Notes under the pieces: model-generated
The model's database searches: none
The model's input: the letters and a program-made list of their open reading frames with translations, nothing else
Told to the model about the DNA's origin: nothing
Origin: a virus
Lineage: Duplodnaviria > Caudoviricetes
DNA: 53,431 nt
Strand: one strand, 5' to 3'
Virus record (IMG/VR): IMGVR_UViG_3300014152_000002
Coordinates: 1 to 53,431 of that record
Part shown: one piece after another, positions 8,696-17,594 of the stretch
Layout of the letters: the number at the start of each line of letters is the position of its first letter
Position numbering within the stretch: the stretch's first letter is position 1
Made by a program: the position numbers and the translations under genes

Positions 8696-9067
8696 ATGGT
8701 TGATATCGTCGGAACGGCCCTCAGCACCGTGGGCTCTCTGATCGGCGCTAATTCGTCCACAACCGCGTCGGCTGTCGTCGGTCAGGTTGTTCAGAACGTC
8801 GCGCTTGGCGCCGCGAGCAGTGCATTGCTCGCCTCGTTCACGCACCCGGATGTCGTCAAAGCGCTCGATCCGCTTGGCATCACCAATCTGTTTCACCCCG
8901 TCACGGGTGGCGCGGTCGCCGGCACCACGCCGACTTCCGCCGCTGTCGCGGCTACCGCGACTGGCTTTAACCCCATCGCCAAGACGATCACCGTCTCTTG
9001 GTATCAGGCCAACCCGACCGTCTCGCCGCTCTACTTGGCGCAAGGCTGGACCATCATTCCCGGCTGA
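8696..9067 (+). CDS. Hypothetical Ala/Thr-rich protein
   Basis: GGAG RBS and coding-like composition. Confidence 0.6.
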   Translation: MVDIVGTALSTVGSLIGANSSTTASAVVGQVVQNVALGAASSALLASFTHPDVVKALDPLGITNLFHPVTGGAVAGTTPTSAAVAATATGFNPIAKTITVSWYQANPTVSPLYLAQGWTIIPG

Positions 9068-9203
9068 TAGGGATTAAAAATCATGAGCAGCGGCGCGATT
9101 ATTGCGGCAATCTTGGGCGCTCATTTCGTCGCGACGCCTCTCGCGAATGAGATAGTCCCGCCGCTGCTCAACTTCGGCCTCAAAATCTTCAAGGAGAAGG
9201 TGC

Positions 9204-9725
9204 TTGACCAGCCCGCCGCTCCGCGTCTCTCCGCCCCCGCCGGGCTTCGCCAGGATTCGGTTTGTCACGCAAGAGACAAGCCTGTTCGGGCGGTTAATTC
9301 GCTGGCGAACCATGTCTCAGGTCAGCCACGCCGAATGCGTCCTCCCGAACGGGACGATCATCGCGGCGCTGAGTGATCGAGGCGTTCGCAACGTCCCTGG
9401 AGATTACGACACGACCTCAACGAGTCAAATCTTCGTCGACGTCCTCATGCCGCCTAACGATCTCAAGCGCTGGGTGGCCTATCTTTGGAGCCGCGTCGGG
9501 CGCCCGTACGACTGGACCGCGATCTACGGCGAGGCGATGCATCTCAATTGGCGGATGCCCGGCGGCTTCATTTGCTCTATGCTCTGCGCTCTGTCCTTGC
9601 GAGAGGCGGGAACATTCACGCGCCCGCTATCCGAGGCGGCGCATAAACTGTCGCCTCGCGATCTTCTCTTAATCCTGTCGGCGCATCCCGCCGCGCGCGT
9701 TCACCCTACCGAAAAAAGGAACTGA
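9204..9725 (+). CDS. Permuted papain-like NlpC/P60 (YaeF/YiiX-like) amidase
   Basis: His motif SHAECV precedes GRPYDW and the Cys motif FICSMLC. Ends with LSPRDL. Start position uncertain. Confidence 0.72.
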   Translation: MTSPPLRVSPPPPGFARIRFVTQETSLFGRLIRWRTMSQVSHAECVLPNGTIIAALSDRGVRNVPGDYDTTSTSQIFVDVLMPPNDLKRWVAYLWSRVGRPYDWTAIYGEAMHLNWRMPGGFICSMLCALSLREAGTFTRPLSEAAHKLSPRDLLLILSAHPAARVHPTEKRN

Positions 9726-9729
9726 AATC

Positions 9730-10032
9730 ATGAAGCCCGCCTTCATCGCCGCCATCCTCATTCTCGCCGCGACGTACGCATTCGCTGGTGAACCCGCTCC
9801 GCCGAGCATCGACCAGGTTCAATCCGCGCTCGGCTCGACCAAGACCGCGCTCGCCGCTATCTCGGCCGCGTGGGCCAGCTGGTCGCCGATCATCGCGTGG
9901 GTCGCGGTTGTCGCTCACGCGCTTCCGTGGTTCTCGACGCCCGCCGCCAATTCGCCTTGGGCTCCCGTGCGGAAGGTCTTCGACGTTCTCGCCGGCAATT
10001 ACGGCTCGGCGACGAACGCCCCGAAGGCTTAA
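9730..10032 (+). CDS. Membrane protein, holin-like
   Basis: AAGGA RBS, signal/TM N-terminus, a second hydrophobic segment and a DVLAGNYG tail. Confidence 0.55.
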   Translation: MKPAFIAAILILAATYAFAGEPAPPSIDQVQSALGSTKTALAAISAAWASWSPIIAWVAVVAHALPWFSTPAANSPWAPVRKVFDVLAGNYGSATNAPKA

Positions 10033-10053
10033 CCCTAAAGGCGGAGCGAGAAA

Positions 10054-10302
10054 GTGCCGGACGAAAGCTGTCACGCGGCATTGGCCAATTTTGGCCGGTG
10101 CTTCCTCGACACAACTCTGGAAAAAATAGGAGCCGCAATCGCGATGGTTGGATTAGCGGCTCCATTGTGGCATCAGATTTTGAATGACTACGTGACGAAC
10201 CTCCCGATTATTTTGCAGACGTTGAGTTGCTTGTGGATCGTGCTTCAAATTATATTTGGAGTGCATAAATTTGTGAGGGAGAGAAGGCGGAGGCTGGATT
10301 AG
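10054..10302 (+). CDS. Two-TM holin-like protein
   Basis: Two hydrophobic helices and a basic C-terminus (RERRRR). Last gene of the lysis operon. Confidence 0.55.
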   Translation: MPDESCHAALANFGRCFLDTTLEKIGAAIAMVGLAAPLWHQILNDYVTNLPIILQTLSCLWIVLQIIFGVHKFVRERRRRLD

Positions 10303-10312
10303 CCCCGACGAT

Positions 10313-10569
10313 AAGGCCAGAAGGCACAACGCTCGCTACATCGAAGCTGACGAACGATGGACTTCCCAAACGTGCTCGTGCTGCGGGACAATTCCCGCCA
10401 GCAGTCCGAAAGGTATGGGCGCGCTTGGAATAAGACGCTGGCGGTGCAGCGACTGCGGAGCGGACCATGATCGGGACGTGAACGCGGCTCAAAACATTCT
10501 CCGTGTCGGGCTGGCACGTCAGCCTCCAGTAGTGGGAATCCTCGGCCTTTAGGCCGGGGAAGACGTTAA
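10313..10569 (+). mobile_element. tnpB: IS200/IS605 remnant: 3' end of tnpB plus right end
   Basis: Startless frame KARRHNARYIEADERWTSQTCSCCG...RRWRCSDCGADHDRDVNAAQNILRVG (Zn ribbon plus RuvC-III). Right-end hairpin tcctcggcct-tt-aggccgggga followed by agacgTTAA. Confidence 0.9.
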
Positions 10570-10937
10570 TCCCTCCACGGCGCCAACCTTCGCGCCTGCC
10601 TCGATATGCTCTCCCCGCGCTCGGCGTCGCCTGATGCATCAAACAGCCTGCGGGCGAGTTCTAGGGGGTCTATCCCGTGTGACTGCCACCATACCCGCTC
10701 CCCGGATGAATGTTGCGCGTGCGGGCCTGTTCTGTGGCAGCGCGAGCACAGCGGAACCGTTCGCGCATCGTCTGGCTTCTGCCCAACCGCCGAAACGTGG
10801 CCAGTCGCCGCGTCGCTGTAGCGGACATGCGCGGCCTCGGATCGCGGGAAGTGGCAAATGCAGCATGGCAGTCCCCGGATGAAATTTAGATGGGCTGGGC
10901 GCTTCTCGCCGCGTTGTGGCTTTGGGTGGGGGTTCAA
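10566..10937 (-). CDS. DUF968/HNH-like Zn-binding nuclease-family protein
   Basis: HLNFIRGLPCCIC...EAAHVR...KPDDARTVPLCSRCH...QH. Probable TTG start overlapping the upstream stop. Confidence 0.7.
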   Translation of the reverse strand: MNPHPKPQRGEKRPAHLNFIRGLPCCICHFPRSEAAHVRYSDAATGHVSAVGQKPDDARTVPLCSRCHRTGPHAQHSSGERVWWQSHGIDPLELARRLFDASGDAERGESISRQARRLAPWRD

Positions 10938-11455
10938 TGCTTTTGTCCCTTCGCGCGCGCCGCGCGCATCGCTTTCCTGGCGGCAAGATCGCATTGGCGA
11001 TTCACCCACTGCCGACCGCCGCCCTCTGTGTGGCCTCGGACATGGCGCAGCGACAGAACAAACCCGCGCTCGGAAACGATCTCGACAATGCGCGCGAGAG
11101 CATACTTCACGTTGTCTGAGAATTTCGGCTTCTTTGGCGGGATTAACGCGGCACCGTCCTTATGTTTGCTCTCGACAGCCGTTTTGACCGAGAACAGCAC
11201 GCATCCTAGCGCATAAAGGCAATCGGATTGCAGCATGATCTGCGCGCCGTCTTCGAGCATCCCCGAAGCGTTGGCTTGATGCAGTGCGTTGGCAATTGAG
11301 AACAATTCCGCCTCTCCCGCCGTCGTTGGCGCGCGGCGCTCGAACGCTCCCGACCAGATGACGGAATCGTGGCCATCAGCTTTCGCCCATGCCGCCCATC
11401 CTCCTGCTCCAGACTTATGGCACCAACTGGCGTCGGAAATTATTGTCGCCTTCAT
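10934..11455 (-). CDS. RNase H-like protein
   Basis: IISDASW, GGWAAW, EAELFSIANAL, QSDC and HVRGH...NRQCD. Confidence 0.82.
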   Translation of the reverse strand: MKATIISDASWCHKSGAGGWAAWAKADGHDSVIWSGAFERRAPTTAGEAELFSIANALHQANASGMLEDGAQIMLQSDCLYALGCVLFSVKTAVESKHKDGAALIPPKKPKFSDNVKYALARIVEIVSERGFVLSLRHVRGHTEGGGRQWVNRQCDLAARKAMRAARAKGQKH

Positions 11456-11856
11456 GGGGCTTCCTCGTCTCCCGGGCCGTGGAATTTGACGCCGTGGTTC
11501 GCGGCAAATGAGTCGATGAGCGAAATCATATCCGCCATCTCCTCCTTGGACAGATCAGACGATGATCTGCCTAGATTGACAAAGCCGTCTCCATCGAGGT
11601 TCGGCACGAGCCGCAACTCGCGCTTGAGGCTGTCGAGAAAGATCAGCTTCCAATCGTCCGCATCGAGTTTCACGCCATGCCAAGGCAACTGATCGGCAAT
11701 CTCCGTGAGCATCGCCCACATCTTCGCGTTCTGATCATTCGTTCGCCGCGGGCCCCTTATCTCGCAGCGCGACTCCTTCGGGCAGAGCCGGATCATCTCG
11801 ATAGCCCGCGCGCGCATGGCGTCATTCCAGAGCACGAAAAGAGACCTGCCACTCAT
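11452..11856 (-). CDS. ninB: NinB-family recombination protein
   Basis: RRTNDQNAKMWAMLTEIADQ.W.G..L..DDWK and SSSDLSKEEMADMISLI.SFAA.HGV.F. Confidence 0.88.
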   Translation of the reverse strand: MSGRSLFVLWNDAMRARAIEMIRLCPKESRCEIRGPRRTNDQNAKMWAMLTEIADQLPWHGVKLDADDWKLIFLDSLKRELRLVPNLDGDGFVNLGRSSSDLSKEEMADMISLIDSFAANHGVKFHGPGDEEAP

Positions 11857-12269
11857 ATCCGCGTTCCCATTGGGGCGCTTAACGCCACAGATAATGGCCA
11901 TCCACGATCTTGAATTCGCTTGACGATGGGGCGATAGGGGAGGCAGTTAATTCTGCAATATTCACGCAGGGTTATTCTAGTGCCGTCAAATTTCACATAG
12001 ATGCAGCTTCTCCGATTGCTGTTCTGCTCTTTCCGGGTTGACCATTTACAATTCTCTGGGGAATATCCATTATCATTTTCAATGCGGTCGAGCATTCCCC
12101 CTTCTGGTCGCGGCCCCATATCCTCTGCGAAGTTAGAAAATAAAAACCATCGTGCGCATACAGAAATTCCGCGACCACCATAGTCTTTAAACTGGCGATG
12201 ATTTTTGTTGCGGCAACGCGATAGCATTTCCGCCCAAACCCAATATAGGCGCTTTCTCTCGCTCATCAT
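11853..12269 (-). CDS. Homing-endonuclease-like protein (second YGGRGI-family member)
   Basis: WAEMLSRC...YGGRGISVCARW...LDRIENDNGYSPENCKWST.KEQNSNRR. AT-richer than its neighbours. Confidence 0.8.
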   Translation of the reverse strand: MMSERKRLYWVWAEMLSRCRNKNHRQFKDYGGRGISVCARWFLFSNFAEDMGPRPEGGMLDRIENDNGYSPENCKWSTRKEQNSNRRSCIYVKFDGTRITLREYCRINCLPYRPIVKRIQDRGWPLSVALSAPMGTRI

Positions 12270-12895
12270 GCGCCACCATATCGGCTACGTAAGTTTTCAA
12301 TCTTAGCATTTATCTCTTCCAAAAACGCCATGACCTCGCGCTCAAGTTCAGCTATCAATTTATCGTCACGGACGATGCGCGCGACAAAAAGACGCATAGA
12401 TTCAGGTAGCCTTGGATCAAACGATGCAAAATCGCACCATTCTCGACCAGTGCATGCCATCTGCCACATCATTTGTGTGATGTATTTTCCTGGAACGCCA
12501 TGTCCTAATAGAGTGTCCAGATGCGTCGCGGTATTTGGAGCCTTAATCTCGACAAGTCCGCTGTGACCTTTCACAATCCCGTCAGGGCTCGCCCCCGTCA
12601 TTGGGATCGTTGGGTGATCGACGAAGGCGACCTGTTCAACCTCAAAGTCGTGATAGAACTCATAGGCGCGGCGAGCATCGGCCTCGTGGTCGGTTCCCCA
12701 TTGCATCGCGGTATTGGTTAATCTCTCTCCTGGGACGCCCGTGAGGCGCTCCGCGATCAATTCGGCCATGTAGTTCGCCCGCGATGCGCTTGGGCCGCTC
12801 TTGGTCTTCGCAACAACGTCTGCGACACGCGAGGCCGTGACCTTGCCGATCCTGAGTTGCCTCCAGGCGTCGCTTCCCTGTTCGATCTCGCTCAT
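12266..12895 (-). CDS. YqaJ/lambda-exonuclease family protein
   Basis: EQGSDAWRQLRIGKVTAS, MQWGTDHE, GASPDG, VEIKAP and QMMWQMACTGREWCDF. Confidence 0.92.
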   Translation of the reverse strand: MSEIEQGSDAWRQLRIGKVTASRVADVVAKTKSGPSASRANYMAELIAERLTGVPGERLTNTAMQWGTDHEADARRAYEFYHDFEVEQVAFVDHPTIPMTGASPDGIVKGHSGLVEIKAPNTATHLDTLLGHGVPGKYITQMMWQMACTGREWCDFASFDPRLPESMRLFVARIVRDDKLIAELEREVMAFLEEINAKIENLRSRYGGA

Positions 12896-13731
12896 TTCGC
12901 CACCTTCGCCTCAAGCGCCTTCACCGCGCGGTCAAAGTCCTTCGCCGGGAGGTCGAAGACGGCCCCAACCTTGAAATAATCGAGAAACGTCTTTTCGGCT
13001 GTCGGCTTGTCAATCCGTTTGATGAGGTCGAGGATCGTCGCGACTTGTTCGCTATCGATCACGGCAGGCTCGCCCGCATTCTTTCCGTCGTCGTCGGCGT
13101 CCTGTGGCGCGTGCGAGACGATTGGAAGCACAGCCAATAAGGCATATCGCTTTCCGTATTTCATCGACGACCCGACGCTCTGAACATTATTCTTAGACCC
13201 TGATGAATCCTGCATTAACGGCGGAGTTTCAGCGTCCTCTGAATGACCTTTTTGATGCGTCAGAATCGCGATTGTCTTAATGCGATAACTGTCGCCAGTA
13301 GGAACGGTTTCATGCTTGAACCGAACCGCAAACCCGAACTCAGACAATACGGGATTTATTCCCTCAAGAATGTCGTCTATCGTCGCGTAAGGCGTGTTCT
13401 GGATTGGTTTGGCTCCAGGAGGATATTCGCCATTATTTTTTGCGGCATAATCCCTGTCTGACTTGCTATAAACTGTAATCCCTCCATTGCGATCAATGGA
13501 TGGAAGTCGAGGAACCATTTCAGAGAACGCCTCATCGAATGCAATCTTCGCCTGCCTTTCTAGGAAGCGCTCGCGCATGTCCATGAGTTTCATCATCTTG
13601 TCTACATCGACGGCAGGATTCAGCGCCGCGCGCTCAATCATCGCCAAAAATGCAGACGTCTCGCTGATAGGCGCCGGAGGTGTTTCGATCCGCTCGACTA
13701 TCTCAGTGGACGCTTTTTCGTTCTCAGACAT
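12892..13731 (-). CDS. erf: ERF-family ssDNA annealing protein
   Basis: YATIDDI...PVLSEFGF, LTHQKGHSE, SGSKNNVQSVGSSMKYGKRY and DDDG. Start taken at MSENEK. Confidence 0.88.
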   Translation of the reverse strand: MSENEKASTEIVERIETPPAPISETSAFLAMIERAALNPAVDVDKMMKLMDMRERFLERQAKIAFDEAFSEMVPRLPSIDRNGGITVYSKSDRDYAAKNNGEYPPGAKPIQNTPYATIDDILEGINPVLSEFGFAVRFKHETVPTGDSYRIKTIAILTHQKGHSEDAETPPLMQDSSGSKNNVQSVGSSMKYGKRYALLAVLPIVSHAPQDADDDGKNAGEPAVIDSEQVATILDLIKRIDKPTAEKTFLDYFKVGAVFDLPAKDFDRAVKALEAKVAK

Positions 13732-14062
13732 TAGCGGCTTCCTTGATAAGCACTTCGATAAATTCCGGGTAGTTCTCGAACGAGTCGCGCAAATGGGCGT
13801 CGCGCTCGGACTGCGGCCGATCCTTCCAAAGCAGCAATATCCTCGCCCCATAGGGCAGGCGGAACACGCAAATGAACCGTGCGATGTAGCCGATGGAGAG
13901 GATGGACCTTTCGTCGGCAGCGATTGCCGCGGCGAACAGGTCGGCGCGGATTACTGCGGAGAGGAAGCTGCCAGGCTCTAGGCCGCGCACGATCCAGCGC
14001 GCCAGCCCAGGCCTCAAATGCTCAGGTATGCGTGACCACAAATCGTCTGGTGTATTTCTCAT
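13724..14062 (-). CDS. Hypothetical phage protein
   Basis: IPEHLRPGLARWIVRGLEPGSFLSAVI..DL..A, a recurring phage hypothetical motif. Confidence 0.65.
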   Translation of the reverse strand: MRNTPDDLWSRIPEHLRPGLARWIVRGLEPGSFLSAVIRADLFAAAIAADERSILSIGYIARFICVFRLPYGARILLLWKDRPQSERDAHLRDSFENYPEFIEVLIKEAANV

Positions 14063-14188
14063 GGTGTCCCCAACATCGGGTTGTGCATCGGCGGCATGGC
14101 GGGCGCGGGATAGTAGCGATCCGCGATTAGCGTGCCGATGGTGACAAGGATTAGGAAGGCGTAGGCGGATGCGTTGCCGGGCATGGTG

Positions 14189-14461
14189 TCATCCTTCCGA
14201 GATGACGCGCTCGCCGGCATGGCCGAACATTTGCGCGAGCCGCAAGGCGGAGTTGACGATCTGGCCTTGAAGAATGACCGCATCGTCAGAGGTTTCGGCG
14301 TTAAAGTTCGACGAAATTAGCTTTGTCAGGCTCACTTGCAGAGACGTTAAAGCCGGAAGCGTCGCCTCACCAACGAAGTTGATTTTTGTCGCCTCCGTTT
14401 GCGTGATGACGACAATCGTCAGCTTACACAATTCCTTGTCTTCTTTTTCTCCGCTCATCAT
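14189..14461 (-). CDS. Hypothetical protein
   Basis: Coupled ORF in the leftward early operon. Confidence 0.5.
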   Translation of the reverse strand: MMSGEKEDKELCKLTIVVITQTEATKINFVGEATLPALTSLQVSLTKLISSNFNAETSDDAVILQGQIVNSALRLAQMFGHAGERVISEG

Positions 14462-14697
14462 TCCCCCTTCGCGGCCAACACCGCCGCCTCATTCGTCGCC
14501 ACGCCGAGCTTGGACCGAATCAGGCCAAAGCGATCCGATATTGAAGCGCACTTGAGCCCGAGCGCCTTGCAGACGCCTTTGTAATTCCCATGGACGGCGT
14601 AGGCCTCGATAAGCTCGCGCTCCCGTGGCGTCAGAGCAGTCTGGTCGCGGAACTGATGGCGCGTGTCCGCCGGGAATTTTCGATCTACAATGGGCAT
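14458..14697 (-). CDS. LuxR-type HTH regulator
   Basis: LTPRERELI...YKGVCKALGL...I......IRSKLGV. GGAG RBS. First gene of a divergent operon. Confidence 0.72.
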   Translation of the reverse strand: MPIVDRKFPADTRHQFRDQTALTPRERELIEAYAVHGNYKGVCKALGLKCASISDRFGLIRSKLGVATNEAAVLAAKGE

Positions 14698-14699
14698 GT

Positions 14700-14790
14700 G
14701 TTTTCTCCGTTGCACGATGCAATATTGCTTGATTTATGAAACATTGCAAGTTAAAAGTGAGCGGCGATGAAAATTTAATGGAGGACGGCA
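14700..14790. promoter_or_regulatory. AT-rich divergent promoter region
   Basis: Lies between divergent operons. TTGCAA/TTGCAC-like -35 hexamers and the palindrome gcaatattgc. Confidence 0.55.
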
Positions 14791-14793
14791 GGA

Positions 14794-15414
14794 ATGGCGC
14801 AAAACACAAGCCCCGCAGTCATGGCGCAGCGCAAGGAAGCGCACGACTCGTTGGATTTTTTACCGACGCCGGCTTGGGGCACGCGGGCACTATGCGAATG
14901 GTTGAAGCCGCGGACTATGGCGTTTAATAAGGCGCGCGTCCATGAGCCGGCCTGCGGCGAGGGTCACATGGTTCGCCCATTGCGGGAATATGTCTCACAG
15001 GTCGCCGCATCAGATTGTCGCGACTATGGCTTTCCAGATGCGGTTGTCCACGATTTCCTGTTCGGGATCGCAACGGACGCGGACTGGATTATCACGAATC
15101 CGCCATTCCGTCTCGCCGAGCAATTTGCGACAAAGGCGTTGGGAATCGCCGAAGATGGCGTTGCATTGCTCGTTCGCACTGCCTTTCTAGAAGGTGCGAC
15201 GCGATATGATGCTCTGTTCTCAAAGTCCCCGCCGACCGAAATCCTGCAATTTGTCGAACGACTGCCTATGGTCAAGGGGCGCGTCGATGAGGATGCGGCG
15301 AGCGCGACGGCCTATTGCTGGCTCGTTTGGCGCAAGGGGGTCTACCAGACGACGCAATTCCATTGGCTCGCGCCCTGCCGCAAGCGCCTAGAACGGCCTG
15401 GAGATTACGCATGA
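14794..15414 (+). CDS. DNA N6-adenine methyltransferase
   Basis: DFLPTP, EPACGEGHM (motif I) and IITNPPF (motif IV). Confidence 0.85.
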   Translation: MAQNTSPAVMAQRKEAHDSLDFLPTPAWGTRALCEWLKPRTMAFNKARVHEPACGEGHMVRPLREYVSQVAASDCRDYGFPDAVVHDFLFGIATDADWIITNPPFRLAEQFATKALGIAEDGVALLVRTAFLEGATRYDALFSKSPPTEILQFVERLPMVKGRVDEDAASATAYCWLVWRKGVYQTTQFHWLAPCRKRLERPGDYA

Positions 15415-15686
15415 CCTACAAAACCCTAAACGACCTCCCCGGCTGGCCCGTGGGGCGACCGAGAACCGTCGATCAAGACCTCGCGAGAGACCTAGCCGCC
15501 CTCGGCTGCCGCATCACGGACATCGCCGCCCACTTCGGCGTCACGCAGGGGCGAATCAGCCAGATCATCGGCGTTCGGCACGCGCCGACGGTCGCGGAGG
15601 CGCTGGCGGTGATCGGGGCGGGCGAGCGGAAATGCGAGGGGTGCGCCGCGCTGCGGCTGCTAATCTCTGCGGTAAGGAGCATTTGA
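15411..15686 (+). CDS. HTH DNA-binding protein
   Basis: GRPR...ITDIAAHFGVTQGRISQII. Confidence 0.7.
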   Translation: MTYKTLNDLPGWPVGRPRTVDQDLARDLAALGCRITDIAAHFGVTQGRISQIIGVRHAPTVAEALAVIGAGERKCEGCAALRLLISAVRSI

Positions 15687-16289
15687 AATGCGCGGCTGCC
15701 GCTTACGTGACGACGACCTTGACTAAACGGATTGGAGGGTCGTAAAACAAGAAAGCCCGCCGGGATTTCTCCAAGCGGGCATTTCAGGTCGATAAGGGGT
15801 TAGCCGCCCCAGTCTCGATCACAACCGCACGAACGGTCATGAAAAACGAGCCACTTTTTACCAAATCCGCGCCAAGGGCGCAACCCTTCCCCATCAATTT
15901 GTCGTAGACGCACGGCACGCCCCAAGGCGAGCCAGCGCGCTCATGACGCGCTGACCCAGCCAAATCACCATCAAATGACGCCGCAACTTTGCGATGCGCA
16001 GCCTCCTGTCTGAAAGATGGCGGATAACCTGCGATTGCTTGCGGCGTCACGTTTTCGCCGGCGCCGTCCCCCGGGCGCTCGCGCGCGGCAGTACCGAGAA
16101 TCTAAATTAAGATTCTTGTTACTGTACCGTACACCAACAATCTAAATTATTGATTCACCGGGGACACCAGCAAGCCCCAACGGGGCGCTTGCGGTGGATG
16201 TCCCCCACTCGGTAGCCAAAAGATCGTTGCCACAACCCGAATATGGGGAAGTACGGATCCACAAGACTCGGGAGTACGTACGGTGAAAA

Positions 16290-16664
16290 ATGCAAAATCC
16301 GAAAATCTGTCCGCGCGTTGTCCGGCGCCGCGCGGCGGGCAATTGGGGGCAGTGGGAGCGTCTGCCGCTGCCAAATGGCACAGGCGGCGGGGGATGGAAC
16401 CGCGAGGTTCGTTTCGCGTATAGGAACGCTGTTTTTGCCGTTTTGGAGCGGCAGACAACCGGGGCCACGCATTACGCGGTATCATCGCTTTCGGGGGGCC
16501 GCCCCACCTTCCACGAAATGCAGCGGATCAAAAACGAGATAGCCGGGCCGGAGGCGACGGCAGTCGAGGTCTACCCTCCTCAATCGCAACTTGTTGACGA
16601 AGCCGACATGTTTCATTTTTTCGTGGTTGATCCACTACCCTTCACAATTTTCAGTCCGCCATGA
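16290..16664 (+). CDS. Conserved phage hypothetical protein
   Basis: PTFHEMQRIKNEIAGPEATAVEVYPPQSQLVDEADMFH is a widespread phage motif. Confidence 0.75.
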   Translation: MQNPKICPRVVRRRAAGNWGQWERLPLPNGTGGGGWNREVRFAYRNAVFAVLERQTTGATHYAVSSLSGGRPTFHEMQRIKNEIAGPEATAVEVYPPQSQLVDEADMFHFFVVDPLPFTIFSPP

Positions 16665-16732
16665 CCTCTTGCGCCTCGCCGCTCCCGCGTTTATGATGTT
16701 TCACGGATAAAACAGCGGCGATGGATTAAAGC

Positions 16733-17119
16733 GTGATCGACAGGACAAAGTTCGATTTTAAGTCCATCCCTCGGGGCGTTGACGGCAACTTGTCCGTGGC
16801 GCTCGCCTCATACATTGAGGTCTTCCGCGCGATCGCCGGGATTTCTGATCGAACAATCTCGTGCGAATCGGGTGGGACAAGCGCGTTCCTGTCGAATTGG
16901 CGTCGCAGCGCCAACCCGCTTACTCTCAGGCAATACGAGCGGATCGTCGCCTACATGGACCGGGCGCTGATGGAGCAGTCAGGCGTCGCGTTTGACAAGC
17001 TCGGCGCGTGGATCAATCGGAAACTGAAGGAGAAAAATCGTGATGACCGACACACAGGGCGCAGCCAAAAAGCGCGGTCGACCGGCCGGAAGCAAGAAAG
17101 CCGCGAAGCCGGAAAATGA
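16733..17119 (+). CDS. Cro-like HTH protein
   Basis: GISDRTIS...FLSNWRR...TLRQYERIVAYM resembles alphaproteobacterial phage Cro-like proteins. Confidence 0.55.
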   Translation: MIDRTKFDFKSIPRGVDGNLSVALASYIEVFRAIAGISDRTISCESGGTSAFLSNWRRSANPLTLRQYERIVAYMDRALMEQSGVAFDKLGAWINRKLKEKNRDDRHTGRSQKARSTGRKQESREAGK

Positions 17120-17594
17120 GAACGCCAAGGCGAAGGAGCCGAGGACGAACGTAAGCGAAAGCCTTGTGCTGCTGCATCTGTCTAAGATCGTCGCCGCCGA
17201 GGAGAAAAAAGACACGGCTGTCGCTAACCTCCGCGCCGCGCGCAAACTGGCTAAGGGCGACGGGGTTGACCTCAAGACGCTTGACGCCGTGCGCCATTTG
17301 GCGAGTTTGGACGAGCACGAATTGACAAGCCAATTTAATTCTGTCGCGACTTACAGCAAATATTTGTCGGTGCCGTTATATTCCACCTTCGACCTCTTCG
17401 ATAGCCCACAGGCCGCCGAGGAAGCTGTCAACGAACGGGCTTTTCTGAGCGGCATTAAGGCCGGCAAGTTTGGGCACGGGCCTGAAAAATGTCCATACGA
17501 TCCAACATCGGTCGCCGGCCAAGAGTGGATGAGGGGATGGAATGAGGGCCAAGCGATCCTCATGAAGGGATTTGGCGAGATAGGAAACGCATGA
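17040..17594 (+). CDS. GapR-like DNA-binding domain fused to an Rmf-like C-terminal domain
   Basis: AT-hook-like KKRGRP; EEKK......LR..RK.AKGDGVDLKTL; AF..G..AG......CPY......QEWMRGW.EG. Confidence 0.65.
   Translation: MMTDTQGAAKKRGRPAGSKKAAKPENENAKAKEPRTNVSESLVLLHLSKIVAAEEKKDTAVANLRAARKLAKGDGVDLKTLDAVRHLASLDEHELTSQFNSVATYSKYLSVPLYSTFDLFDSPQAAEEAVNERAFLSGIKAGKFGHGPEKCPYDPTSVAGQEWMRGWNEGQAILMKGFGEIGNA

Noticed and set aside
10313-10552. Functional TnpB nuclease gene
   Set aside because: There is no start codon, and the RuvC-I/II and N-terminal domains are absent.
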